IMG/VR virus record: IMGVR_UViG_3300035494_000066
Length of the DNA stretch: 64,000 nt
Strand: one strand, 5' to 3'
Source of the DNA: a virus
Taxonomy: Duplodnaviria; Heunggongvirae; Uroviricota; Caudoviricetes
The notes beneath the pieces are model-generated. The model was not told the DNA's origin. It ran no database searches and worked only from the letters and a program-made list of their open reading frames with translations. Both the position numbers and the translations under genes were made by a program. Of this stretch, positions 1-9,228 are shown in pieces; position 1 is the first letter of the stretch; each line of letters starts with the position of its first letter.

Positions 1-1070
1 CGAGCTGTTTTTAACGTAGAGGCCGTTGACGCATTACCGGTCACATCGCCTGTTAGATTACCAGTAACCGTTGTGGCTACAATACTGCCTGCAGCAAACG
101 AATCAGATCCAACGGACCATCGGTCGTTTGTTTCGTCCCAGTAAAGGGACTTGTTTTGACTTGTTCCGCGTTCAATTTCGATACCAGCATTTTGAGTAGG
201 AGTACCTGTTTCATTGCTGTTTAGTAGAATTAAATTATCAGCTAAGTTTAATGTCTCGGCATTAATAGTTGTTGTTGTGCCATTGATAGTTAAGTTACCT
301 TGGATAACAACATCTCCACTAGCTGTCATTGTTGCAGCTGTTATGTCGTCGCTGTGTAACGAACCATTAACCGTTACGTCATTGAAGGTAACATTACTTG
401 TTGTTGCAACAGGCTGACCTATACTAAATTGTCCAGTTGATGCATTATAAGTTACACCAGTGCCTCCGCTAATTGCAGCACGAACACGACCGTCGGTGTA
501 ATATAAATTAGTACCTTCAGTTAAATCAGTTGTTGATTTAGAAGCAAAGTCAGTATCAAAGTCGGTTGTTTTGTATGTTGTAACACTAAACCGACCAGTA
601 GTCGGGTTGTATGCTAAATCGCCTGATGCACTAACTGCAGCACGAGCATCGTCAGTTGCGCGGCTATTTGTGTAGTATAAATTAGTACCCTCGACGATAT
701 TACTAGTTGTTAAAGTAGCACTATCTGCTACCGTAATACGACCTTGCGAATCAACTGTTAATATAGGCACAGAAGTCGAGCTACCGTATGTTCCGGCAGT
801 AACACCAGTCTGCGTCAATTCAAAATCAATAGTGCCGTCTAGGTCCTGGTACGATACAGTAATACCACTTTCTGTATTACCGCTAGTCATTGCGCCAACA
901 ATGTCTTGAATATGCTCAGTTGTTTTGTATTCTACTACATCACCTGCTGAATTTTTAAAGTAAAGTTTTTCATCAGCAGTATTAATAGCTAGCTCGCCTG
1001 GTGCTAAGTCTGTTGACGAAGGAATTTTTCCAGGAACGCTCGAGCGCTTTAAAAGGATGGTATTAGCCAT
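1..1070 (-). CDS. Tail fibre protein (partial, runs off the left edge; absent from the ORF track)
   Basis: ATG at 1070 with GGAG upstream. Translates MANTILLKRSSVPGKIPSSTDLAPGELAINTADEKLYFKN, the KR..P....L..GELA.N..D..LY N-terminus typical of phage fibre proteins. Contains EGTNLYYT repeats and an AGIEIERGT motif shared with neighbouring fibre genes. Confidence 0.8.
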   Translation of the reverse strand, partial: MANTILLKRSSVPGKIPSSTDLAPGELAINTADEKLYFKNSAGDVVEYKTTEHIQDIVGAMTSGNTESGITVSYQDLDGTIDFELTQTGVTAGTYGSSTSVPILTVDSQGRITVADSATLTTSNIVEGTNLYYTNSRATDDARAAVSASGDLAYNPTTGRFSVTTYKTTDFDTDFASKSTTDLTEGTNLYYTDGRVRAAISGGTGVTYNASTGQFSIGQPVATTSNVTFNDVTVNGSLHSDDITAATMTASGDVVIQGNLTINGTTTTINAETLNLADNLILLNSNETGTPTQNAGIEIERGTSQNKSLYWDETNDRWSVGSDSFAAGSIVATTVTGNLTGDVTGNASTASTLKTA

Positions 1071-1087
1071 TTTGTTTCTCCATATAT

Positions 1088-1142
1088 GGTCAAGATGCTA
1101 TAGTGCATCGCCGTTGGGTCAGGACAGTCCTATACTGTCGCC
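1088..1142 (-). promoter_or_regulatory. Tandem structured 5'-leader motif (GGCGA-hairpin-UCYUGACC x2)
   Basis: Two related hairpins at 1117-1142 and 1088-1112 lie between a TAAATA box (1152-1157) and the SD of the 1070 gene. Confidence 0.45.
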
Positions 1143-1151
1143 CTAATTTTA

Positions 1152-1157
1152 TATTTA
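1152..1157 (-). promoter_or_regulatory. T4-type late promoter core (TAAATA)
   Basis: TTAAATA on the minus strand just past a terminator and ~80 nt before the fibre ATG. Confidence 0.55.
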
Positions 1158-1159
1158 AG

Positions 1160-1185
1160 AAAAGTGGGGATATATCCCCACTTTT
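1160..1185 (-). terminator. Intrinsic terminator (palindromic, potentially bidirectional)
   Basis: AAAAGTGGGGATATATCCCCACTTTT right after the stop of the 1195-6447 gene. Confidence 0.8.
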
Positions 1186-1194
1186 AACTTGCAC

Positions 1195-4100
1195 TTAGTA
1201 AGTGCCGCCATCAACTGCAATGTCTGGATCTAATGCTGCTCTGATCGGAGCAGGAGTTATTCCATCTGCTGCCAGAAGCTTAAGTGATCCGTTGTCATCT
1301 TTAAGCTGAATGTTGCCTAAGTGGATAGTGTTTCCGCTTAAGAACAAGTCACGCCACTTAAGTGTTGAACTACCTAAGTCGTATGTAACATCTGCAGAAG
1401 GAACTACATTACCAGTAACAGCTAGATCGCCGTTTGTATCAAATTTAGCTTCGCCGATGCCGTCGGAAATACCAACCGGAGTAGTTGTAGTTGTTAGCTT
1501 ACGAACTTCAACAATGTCTCCGGTTGCCGGAGCTTCAGTAAATGCTAACGTAGTTCCGCTCACGCCATAAGCAGTGATTGGAATCTGTACTACACCGTTA
1601 ATGCTTACAATACAACTAGCAGTAGTTTGGTCGTTGCTTAGTGTGAAGTTAGTAGTTACGTCATCGCCGGTGAACGTTTCACTCTCAATAAGTGTAAAGT
1701 CAACACCAGCTGACCACTCATAGCCGTCATACACTTCGTGTGTTTTAGTAGTAGTGTTATAACGGAACATACCTTCAACTGGAGTAACTGGACGTTCAGC
1801 TGTAGTACCTGCAGGTAGCACCATCGAGTCAGTACCGTCGACATGCAACGTAGCTTCTGCATGTCGAGCTACTAGTCCGCCGCTGCCTACAATTACACCT
1901 GTATGCAGATCAGCTTCGCCGCTAACATCTAAAGTACCAGATGTTGCAACATCACCGGTTACATCAGTTACTGTAAACACACCATTGACATTAATGCCGC
2001 CATCTAGACTAGCTAACCCAGCAACGTCAAGTGTTCCTAGTGTTGCGGTGTTACCGCTAGCAGCAGTTACAACAAAGTTGCCAGTACCGACATTTAATGA
2101 CGTGCCGTCGAATGTAAAGTTAGCGTCGCCTTCGAGCTCTCCAGCAACTCCGGCAATAACAACTTGGTTGTCGGTTAAGTCGCTAATAGCTGCAGATGCT
2201 AATGTGCTTTGTCCTGTTACACTTAATGTGCCGCCTACTGTAGCATTGCCCGATGCGTCTAACGTTGCTACATCGACGTCTGTAGCAGTCACAGACGCCA
2301 TTGTGCTAGCACCTGTTACAGCTAGAGTTCCACCAACAGTAACATTACCGGTTGTGTCTAAAGTAGCCGAGTCAATATCGGTAGCAGTTACACCTGCTAA
2401 TGTGCTCTGACCAGTTACACCTAAAGTTCCACCTACTGTTGCATTACCGCTAACAGTTGACGTAGCTGAAGCAACATCACCGGTTGCACTAACACCACCA
2501 GTAACCGAAACTGTAGTACCGTTAAATGTTAAGTTTGCACTGTCTTCTAACGAGCCGTCTAGGCCTGCTAGTACTACGCGGCCGCTAGTTAAATCACTAA
2601 CTGTTGCGCTAGCTAATGTAGCTTCGCCGGCTGTCGACAACGTACCGTTAACAGTAGTATTATTGCTTACTAGGTCACCTGTTGTTGTTGCACCAGTTTC
2701 CGAATTAACACTGAATGTAGTAACCGGAACTTCAGCGCCGTCGGTGATAGTAAATGTTTCGCCAACGCCGCCATTAACAGTAACACTTGACTCTAGAGTA
2801 GTTGCTCCAGTTACATCTAAAGTTCCGCCAACAGTTGCGTTTGTAGTAACAACAAGATTATTACCGATAGTAACATCGTCTGGTAAGCCGATAGTAACTG
2901 TTTGACCGTTTGCAACTGTTACAATTTCATTTGCTGTTCCAGCAAAGGTCATTGTCTGCGAGTCTAAGTCAACAGCGCCAGTGCCTGTGTCGCCAGCAAA
3001 ATCCAAGTCTTGATCTGTTACTAACTGATCGACATAAGACTTAGTTGCTGCATCTTGGGCTGCAGTCGGGTTAGCTACGTTAGTAACACGGTTTGCTCCC
3101 ATGTCGACTAGCTGCGCTGTGTTAACAGTTAAGCCGCCGTCAAAATCTGCAGACTGCACAAACGTAGTTGTACCTGTTACAGTTACAGTATCTAGAGCAT
3201 TATCACCAACTACAACATTTCCATTTAATGTAGTTGTACCTGCTACAGTTAAGTCACTGCCTGCAGTGATACTGCCTGTTAGTGTGCTAGAACCAGTTAC
3301 AGATAAGGTGCCGCCAATTGCTGTGTTACCAGTAGCAGCTACAACGTCGAACGCAGTTCCTACCTCGAATGTAGTACCATCAAACGTTAAGCTCGCGCTG
3401 TCTTCTAGTGCGCCGTTTAAACCAGCGATTACAATTCGATTATCCGTTAAGTCACTAACAGTAGCACTCGAAAGAGTAGACTCGCCAGCAACGCTTAGTG
3501 TACCTGCAACAGCAGTATTGCCGGTTACAGCATCAACTGTAAACTTGTTTGTAGCAACACTTAAGTCGTCTGCAACTGCTAGTGTTGAACTCAATGTTGC
3601 AGCGCCAGTTACACCTAGTGTACCACCTACTGTTGTATTTCCGGTTACGCCTAGTGTACCACCTACTGTTGCATTGTTTGCAATGTTTGCAGCGCCGGTT
3701 ACAGTTAAAGTCGATCCGTCAAACGTTAAGTTTGCACTGTCTTCGATTTCACCATTGATGCCGCTGATTAAGACGCGGTTATCGGTTAAATCTTCAACAC
3801 GTAACGACCCAAACGCAGCCGAACCTAGTGTACCGCTGAATACACTTGATGTGTCAGTAGCATCCGGAATGTAAACAAATTCACTGTCGCTATCGTCGAT
3901 ACCAAAGAACGCAACTTTTGCAGTTGTTCCGTCATTATAAAGTGCCTTAATACCACGGTCTAGGGTGTCGTTAACAGTGTCATCACCGATCTGGAATACA
4001 GGGTCTGCAATAGTTACAACAGTTGAATCGATAGTTGTTGTAGTACCTGTAACTGTTAAGTCACCTTCGATAATCACCTTACCGCCGCTACCAGCTGGGT

Positions 4101-6447
4101 ACGGGTCGATTACAATTGTGTTGCTGTCTGCATCAGACTCAATTGTATGGCCACTTACCTTAATGTCACCAACTTTAAGTGCCAAGGTGTCAGTGATAGT
4201 TAAACCAGTTGAGCTCACAGTTGCAACACGCTGACTATCGATATCCATAACGATTTCAGTGGTTGCTAAACCGTCGTCGATAACTTCTACTTTGCTATCG
4301 CCTTCGATAATCATATCCTTAAAATCGTTACTCAATTGATTTTCGAGGTACGACTTAGTAACCGCATCCTGTGCGCTCACAGGATCTTGGACGTTTTGAA
4401 TTAGATTACCCGAAGCGCTAATAGTCACTGGAGTAACGCCATCGCCGAATGTTGCTCCGCCTTTGGCTGCTAATTCGGTACTAACCGTCATTGTACCCAA
4501 TACAGAAATTGCATCAACTGCTGCATCGCCCAATGTAACTGCGCCGTTAAACGAACTTGCACCGACAAAAGTACCAGTACCAGTAACATTTAAGTTATTA
4601 GTAACACTAAGATTATTACCAATGGTAACATCATTTGGTAGGCCGATAGTTAGCGTGTCAGTTGCACTTACTGCAACATCGACTTCGTTTGCAGTTCCTG
4701 CGATAACAAACGTGTCGCCTTTTGCAATGCTCTGATCTGTAACGCCGTCGCTAATAGTAAACACGTCACTAAACTGAGTATCTACGTATCCCTTTGTAGC
4801 AGCATCACTTGAAGCAACAGGAGTTCCTACTCCGTTAACTACGTTACCACCCATGTCAACAGTTTGTAATGGGTCAACAGTTAGTCCGCCTGCAAAGTCA
4901 ACTGATTCTAAAAACGTAGTTGTTCCGTTAACAGTTACAATATCAGTCGCAGCATTACCAACTACAACAGAACCGTCTAGTGACGTGTCGCCAGTTACAT
5001 CTAACGTTCCGCCAACTGTTACATTACCAGTGGTGTCCAATGTAGATGCGTCAATATCAGTGGCTGTTATACCTGCTAATGTACTTTGTCCTGTAACAGT
5101 TACAGTTGTTAATGTAGTTGCACTAGTTACATCTAACGTTCCACCAACTGTTACATTACCAGTGGTGTCTAATGTAGATGCGTCAATATCAGTAGCAGTT
5201 ACGCCTGCTAATGTGCTTTGTCCATCAACTGTTAACGTACCAGTTGTTGACACGTTGCCTGTTGCAGAGTCGACACTGAATGTAGTAACCGGAACACTTG
5301 CGCCGTCAGTGATAGTAAATGTTTCGCCTGTTCCACCGTTAACAGTGACACTCGACTCGAGTGTAGTTGCACCCGTTACATCTAGCGTGCCACCAACTGT
5401 TACGTCACCGGTAGTGTCTAATGTAGCCGAGTCGATATCAGTCGCAGTTACACCTGCTAATGTACTTTGTCCGATTACATCTAATGTAGTACCGACACTA
5501 ACTGCACCGGTAGTGTCTAATGTAGCCGAGTTGATATCAGTGGCTGTTACGCCAGCTAATGTACTTTGTCCGATTACATCTAATGTAGTGCCAACACTAA
5601 CTGCACCAGTAGTATCAAGGGTTGCCGAGTCGATATCAGTGGCTGTTACGCCAGCTAATGTACTTTGTCCTGTAGCAGTTACGGTTGTTAATGTAGTTGC
5701 ACCAGATACATCTAATGTAGTACCGACACTAACTGCACCAGTTGTGTCTAAAGTATCCGAGTCGATATCAGTGGCTGTTACGCCAGCTAATGTACTTTGT
5801 CCGATTACATCTAACGTTCCACCTACCGTTACATTACCAGTAGTGTCCAAAGTAGATGCGTCAATGTCAGTGGCTGTTACGCTAGCTAATGTGCTTTGAC
5901 CAGTTACATCTAACGTAGTACCCACTGTTACATGTGTAGCCGAATCTAAACTATTAACGTCTAAGTCACCAGCAGTAACAGGTCCTGCAAGCGAAGTTGT
6001 TCCAGTTACTGACAAATCGCCAGCAATAGAAGCATTTCCGTCAGCTGTTACGTTATTAGCGTGGGCGTTTGCATACGTAACAAATGTTAAGTTACCTGCA
6101 GTTGTTCCATCTTCAGCGCCAACATTAACAAATGCGAATTCGTCAGCCGATTCGTCCCAGATCATAGCAAAGCTATCATCTGCACCTCGTTCGATTAATA
6201 AACCTACATCGACTGCACCTGTTGCTGCACCACTCGATAGAACAAGTAGAGGATCTTCTACTGTCATGTTCGATGTGTCGACAGTAACAGTAGATCCTTG
6301 TACGACTAAGTCGCCTGTGACAGTAAAGTTACTACCGTACGTTAAGTTATCTTCTAACTTACCGCCTGTGACTGCTTTATTATCAATCTTCGGCGTAGTA
6401 ACTGCAAGATCAGTTATCTGATCCGTTTTAATACGAGTAATTGCCAT
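1195..6447 (-). CDS. Large repetitive virion fibre/structural protein (~1750 aa)
   Basis: Thr/Gly/Val/Asp-rich beta-repeat sequence with three DA(A/V)TK.Y motifs, a GTTAERP...G.FRYNTT motif, an F.GD..TT.F domain and YDLGS..KW near the C-terminus. The second ATG (6447, MAITRIK) has a GGAG SD and is preferred over 6465. Confidence 0.85.
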   Translation of the reverse strand: MAITRIKTDQITDLAVTTPKIDNKAVTGGKLEDNLTYGSNFTVTGDLVVQGSTVTVDTSNMTVEDPLLVLSSGAATGAVDVGLLIERGADDSFAMIWDESADEFAFVNVGAEDGTTAGNLTFVTYANAHANNVTADGNASIAGDLSVTGTTSLAGPVTAGDLDVNSLDSATHVTVGTTLDVTGQSTLASVTATDIDASTLDTTGNVTVGGTLDVIGQSTLAGVTATDIDSDTLDTTGAVSVGTTLDVSGATTLTTVTATGQSTLAGVTATDIDSATLDTTGAVSVGTTLDVIGQSTLAGVTATDINSATLDTTGAVSVGTTLDVIGQSTLAGVTATDIDSATLDTTGDVTVGGTLDVTGATTLESSVTVNGGTGETFTITDGASVPVTTFSVDSATGNVSTTGTLTVDGQSTLAGVTATDIDASTLDTTGNVTVGGTLDVTSATTLTTVTVTGQSTLAGITATDIDASTLDTTGNVTVGGTLDVTGDTSLDGSVVVGNAATDIVTVNGTTTFLESVDFAGGLTVDPLQTVDMGGNVVNGVGTPVASSDAATKGYVDTQFSDVFTISDGVTDQSIAKGDTFVIAGTANEVDVAVSATDTLTIGLPNDVTIGNNLSVTNNLNVTGTGTFVGASSFNGAVTLGDAAVDAISVLGTMTVSTELAAKGGATFGDGVTPVTISASGNLIQNVQDPVSAQDAVTKSYLENQLSNDFKDMIIEGDSKVEVIDDGLATTEIVMDIDSQRVATVSSTGLTITDTLALKVGDIKVSGHTIESDADSNTIVIDPYPAGSGGKVIIEGDLTVTGTTTTIDSTVVTIADPVFQIGDDTVNDTLDRGIKALYNDGTTAKVAFFGIDDSDSEFVYIPDATDTSSVFSGTLGSAAFGSLRVEDLTDNRVLISGINGEIEDSANLTFDGSTLTVTGAANIANNATVGGTLGVTGNTTVGGTLGVTGAATLSSTLAVADDLSVATNKFTVDAVTGNTAVAGTLSVAGESTLSSATVSDLTDNRIVIAGLNGALEDSASLTFDGTTFEVGTAFDVVAATGNTAIGGTLSVTGSSTLTGSITAGSDLTVAGTTTLNGNVVVGDNALDTVTVTGTTTFVQSADFDGGLTVNTAQLVDMGANRVTNVANPTAAQDAATKSYVDQLVTDQDLDFAGDTGTGAVDLDSQTMTFAGTANEIVTVANGQTVTIGLPDDVTIGNNLVVTTNATVGGTLDVTGATTLESSVTVNGGVGETFTITDGAEVPVTTFSVNSETGATTTGDLVSNNTTVNGTLSTAGEATLASATVSDLTSGRVVLAGLDGSLEDSANLTFNGTTVSVTGGVSATGDVASATSTVSGNATVGGTLGVTGQSTLAGVTATDIDSATLDTTGNVTVGGTLAVTGASTMASVTATDVDVATLDASGNATVGGTLSVTGQSTLASAAISDLTDNQVVIAGVAGELEGDANFTFDGTSLNVGTGNFVVTAASGNTATLGTLDVAGLASLDGGINVNGVFTVTDVTGDVATSGTLDVSGEADLHTGVIVGSGGLVARHAEATLHVDGTDSMVLPAGTTAERPVTPVEGMFRYNTTTKTHEVYDGYEWSAGVDFTLIESETFTGDDVTTNFTLSNDQTTASCIVSINGVVQIPITAYGVSGTTLAFTEAPATGDIVEVRKLTTTTTPVGISDGIGEAKFDTNGDLAVTGNVVPSADVTYDLGSSTLKWRDLFLSGNTIHLGNIQLKDDNGSLKLLAADGITPAPIRAALDPDIAVDGGTY
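4990..5930 (-). repeat. Intragenic tandem repeats, 99/132-nt units built from 33-nt (11-aa) modules
   Basis: GCTAATGT(A/G)CTTTG recurs near 5077, 5208, 5457, 5556, 5655, 5787 and 5886, mostly 99 or 132 nt apart. The protein unit is GQSTLAGVTATDIDSATLDTTGAVSVGTTLDVI. Confidence 0.9.
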
Positions 6448-6538
6448 ATTTATATTTGCTCCCATACAATTATTAAACAGAGTATGGCTCTAACCGAGAA
6501 AGTTCCCAGGCCGAATCGATTAGAATTAACCCTACATA

Positions 6539-6544
6539 TATTTA
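6539..6544 (-). promoter_or_regulatory. Late promoter core (ATAAATA)
   Basis: Intergenic TAAATA ~90 nt upstream of the large fibre gene. Confidence 0.6.
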
Positions 6545-6569
6545 TTAGATTAATCGCTTTTATATAGAG

Positions 6570-7760
6570 TTACTTGCTATCACGCCCTGGGCTATATTCT
6601 TCAAAAAATGTCTCCCCGAGCACTTCTTCAAGTCTCAATATCATTTTTTCCATGTTGATTTTTACAACTTTTCCAGTTTGTTTATTAACTGAATAGTATT
6701 CCCAATCGCCTGAGTTGTTGTGCGGAGATATTTTTGTACTGTTTCCAGCGCCGTCTTGAACGTACATCGACGTTGTGCCCAAGTCGTCTTTACTATACAG
6801 AAATGCTAAATTTGAGTTTACAGAAGGATCAGCAGGGTTAGGTAGGACTGCAATACCTTCTGATGTAACATTAACTTTTTCCGAAAAGTCTGCATACATT
6901 CGTATTGTGCGATCGTTATAAACTTCGTCGACTACAATATAAGTCGATCCTGCATCGTCGCTGAGCGACCTGTTACTGTGTGTTGCTGTAAATCGGCGCA
7001 CACTAATTTCGTCACCTAGTGCAGGGGCTTGCACAAATTCTAGAGTAGTACCAGACGCTGTATACGACTCTACCGGATGCTGCACTAGACCATTGATTGT
7101 AACAATAACTTGATTCGTAGTTGCTATTCCGGACATTACAAATGTAGTTTTAGTACCATCGCCGACAAACGAATCAACCGATACTACACTAGTATCAGGA
7201 TCACCAACTTTGACCCAGTTTGCACCATCAAACACTTCAATTGCATCATATGACGTGTTGTACCTTGTAGTACCAACAGGTGCGTTATTAGGTCTCTCTG
7301 CAGTACTGCCAATTGGCATTACAACACCTGTGCTAGCATCTAATGTTACAAACCCAGCAGCTGCTGGAGATAATGTTACAGTCGGACCTAATGTTAACGA
7401 AGCACCAGATATGTCAGATGATATTGTCTGGCCATTAACCGACAGGTCGCCAAAGTACTCGCCTAACGTCGACCAGCGCAAGACTCCAGTTGAATCCGTC
7501 ATGATAACTGCGTCCGGATCTCCTCCGTTTATCTGGATCGATGACAGCTCACCTAGGTCTACAATTCCAGACTGTGATCGTATTGTATTGTCATCAACAA
7601 CAATACTGTCAACTTGTAAACTACCAGCCGGGATTGTCGAGTTTACACCTATTCGTCGGTTGTTAACATCAACATAAAGTAAATCGGATTCGATTGATAG
7701 ATCTTTGCCCAAACGTGTTAAGTTAGATTCGAGCATCGGGCCAGTAATTCGTCCTATCAT
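6570..7760 (-). CDS. Virion structural/fibre-associated protein
   Basis: Shares PIGSTAERP...GTTRYNT and FVGDGTKTTF...VTINGLVQ modules with the adjacent fibre proteins. Confidence 0.7.
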   Translation of the reverse strand: MIGRITGPMLESNLTRLGKDLSIESDLLYVDVNNRRIGVNSTIPAGSLQVDSIVVDDNTIRSQSGIVDLGELSSIQINGGDPDAVIMTDSTGVLRWSTLGEYFGDLSVNGQTISSDISGASLTLGPTVTLSPAAAGFVTLDASTGVVMPIGSTAERPNNAPVGTTRYNTSYDAIEVFDGANWVKVGDPDTSVVSVDSFVGDGTKTTFVMSGIATTNQVIVTINGLVQHPVESYTASGTTLEFVQAPALGDEISVRRFTATHSNRSLSDDAGSTYIVVDEVYNDRTIRMYADFSEKVNVTSEGIAVLPNPADPSVNSNLAFLYSKDDLGTTSMYVQDGAGNSTKISPHNNSGDWEYYSVNKQTGKVVKINMEKMILRLEEVLGETFFEEYSPGRDSK

Positions 7761-7763
7761 ATA

Positions 7764-8180
7764 TTACTCCGCAGTTGTACTAGCGTAACCATATACGACT
7801 ACTACAGTATGGCCCAATGGGGGCGGACTAGTAAACTCTAATTGGTTACCTGTTATATTATAATTTACTGTTGCTACTTGATATACGTTGCCAGTAACTA
7901 CAACAACATCGGTAGGACGGCCAACACTTTTAGACAATGTATACAGTGTTGTCGAACCATCGCCGGTGAATATATCCTGTGAGGTTACACTAGTGCCATT
8001 AAATGCTACACTTTTAAAAGAAACCCCATCAAAATACTCCAGATAACCCGAAGTTGTGTTAAATCTAATAGTACCGATTGCTGGTGTCACTGGGCGCATA
8101 GCAGTAGACGCAGACGGTAATGCAACCCCACTAGTAGCATCGTTATCATACACTGTGATGTTCTTAACAAATCTACCCAT
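7764..8180 (-). CDS. Small virion structural protein
   Basis: Same RP...G.IRFNT and FTGDGSTT modules. Coupled (TAATG) to the upstream gene. Confidence 0.7.
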   Translation of the reverse strand: MGRFVKNITVYDNDATSGVALPSASTAMRPVTPAIGTIRFNTTSGYLEYFDGVSFKSVAFNGTSVTSQDIFTGDGSTTLYTLSKSVGRPTDVVVVTGNVYQVATVNYNITGNQLEFTSPPPLGHTVVVVYGYASTTAE

Positions 8181-8491
8181 TATAAACCTGTATAACTTAT
8201 CATTGATGTTACAATACTTCCAGTTGTTGCTGAAGCTTGAATCGAGTCACCGTCATTAAAGATAATTTTTTCTGTATCTAGAATATAAGTATTCCCTGCA
8301 ACTAAAGGAACATTCTTATATATAATATTGCTACTGTCAGGCGAGTCTCCAGCTGGAACTAAGTAAACATCGATACTAGTGTCAACTGAGTCACTGGTAT
8401 TACAAAAATACCCTACAGTAATCACTGTTTCATTAGCACTAGTGTAGATCGTTGCCGGAGCAGTAGATAACTGTGATTTAATTAATGCCAT
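8180..8491 (-). CDS. Small beta-rich virion protein (hypothetical)
   Basis: Clean ORF in the late operon with an AAGGA SD and beta-sandwich-like composition. Confidence 0.6.
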   Translation of the reverse strand: MALIKSQLSTAPATIYTSANETVITVGYFCNTSDSVDTSIDVYLVPAGDSPDSSNIIYKNVPLVAGNTYILDTEKIIFNDGDSIQASATTGSIVTSMISYTGL

Positions 8492-8506
8492 TTCTTCTTG
8501 TATCCT

Positions 8507-9127
8507 TTAAAATATCAACGAGAACACTAAGGCCCGTTTTTTGCTTATAAGTTCAGGGTGACCTAGAGAATTACTAACATACACACCTGTTCCGCCAGAC
8601 GATACCGGGCCGCTGTATATTGTTGCGTTCCCGGCTGTCATGCTAGGTTCAACTGCAAGCGTTTGCAATGATAGAGGTGCATTTACTTGTACCCGTTTGC
8701 CATCAAATGGCGTTAATACTATATCTGTGTTAACATCCGATGTTATCGAAAATCCATTAACGTCTAAGTCGCCGCCGAGCTGAGGTGAATCATCTTCAAC
8801 AACATGCTGCAGCCCTGCTGTACCAGTGCTTGACGCAACAATAGCTAAAAAGTTCACTCCATCGCTCGAAATTTCCCATCGATCGGTTATTTCATTCCAC
8901 CGAAGTGCAGCAGAAGGTGCTGTACCTCTATCTATTTCCAAGCCAGCAGCGCCAGCTGTAACGCCTAAGCCAGTTTCGCCGTCATTTAGTACTATAACAT
9001 TATCTTTAATACTCGAATTTTCAGTTTCGAGTACAGTATTGTCGCCTAGTACATATAAGTCGCCGGTAATTGTTACTTTTGGAGTATCTAGTGTATATTC
9101 GGTGGATACTCTGAGAGTCTTACTCAT
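8507..9127 (-). CDS. Virion structural protein
   Basis: DNVIVLN...AGLEIDRGT...W.E..DRW and D.SPQLGGDLDVNG motifs common in T4-like fibre/decoration proteins. Follows a CATAAATA box. Confidence 0.7.
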   Translation of the reverse strand: MSKTLRVSTEYTLDTPKVTITGDLYVLGDNTVLETENSSIKDNVIVLNDGETGLGVTAGAAGLEIDRGTAPSAALRWNEITDRWEISSDGVNFLAIVASSTGTAGLQHVVEDDSPQLGGDLDVNGFSITSDVNTDIVLTPFDGKRVQVNAPLSLQTLAVEPSMTAGNATIYSGPVSSGGTGVYVSNSLGHPELISKKRALVFSLIF

Positions 9128-9154
9128 ATATGATAAACCTTTATCTAATAATTT

Positions 9155-9160
9155 TATTTA
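9155..9160 (-). promoter_or_regulatory. Late promoter core (CATAAATA)
   Basis: Lies between the capsid terminator and the 9127 ATG. Confidence 0.65.
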
Positions 9161-9177
9161 TGTGATTTACAGCCAAT

Positions 9178-9205
9178 AAAAAAGCAACCCTAGGGTTGCT
9201 TTTTT
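9178..9205 (-). terminator. Intrinsic terminator after the major capsid gene
   Basis: AAAAAAGCAACCCTAGGGTTGCTTTTTT perfect palindrome with U-tract. Confidence 0.85.
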
Positions 9206-9228
9206 AATCTAGTGCAAAATGCTTATTA

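Noticed and set aside
1310-5899. Long plus-strand ORFs (e.g. 3101-3874, 4853-5899) opposite the large fibre gene
   Set aside because: Antisense shadows produced by the repetitive Thr/Val/Gly codon pattern; no SD and fully nested in a convincing gene.
6449-6456. TATAAATA immediately before the large fibre ATG as a late promoter
   Set aside because: It lies between the SD and the start codon, leaving no room for a leader; the box at 6539-6544 is the more plausible promoter.
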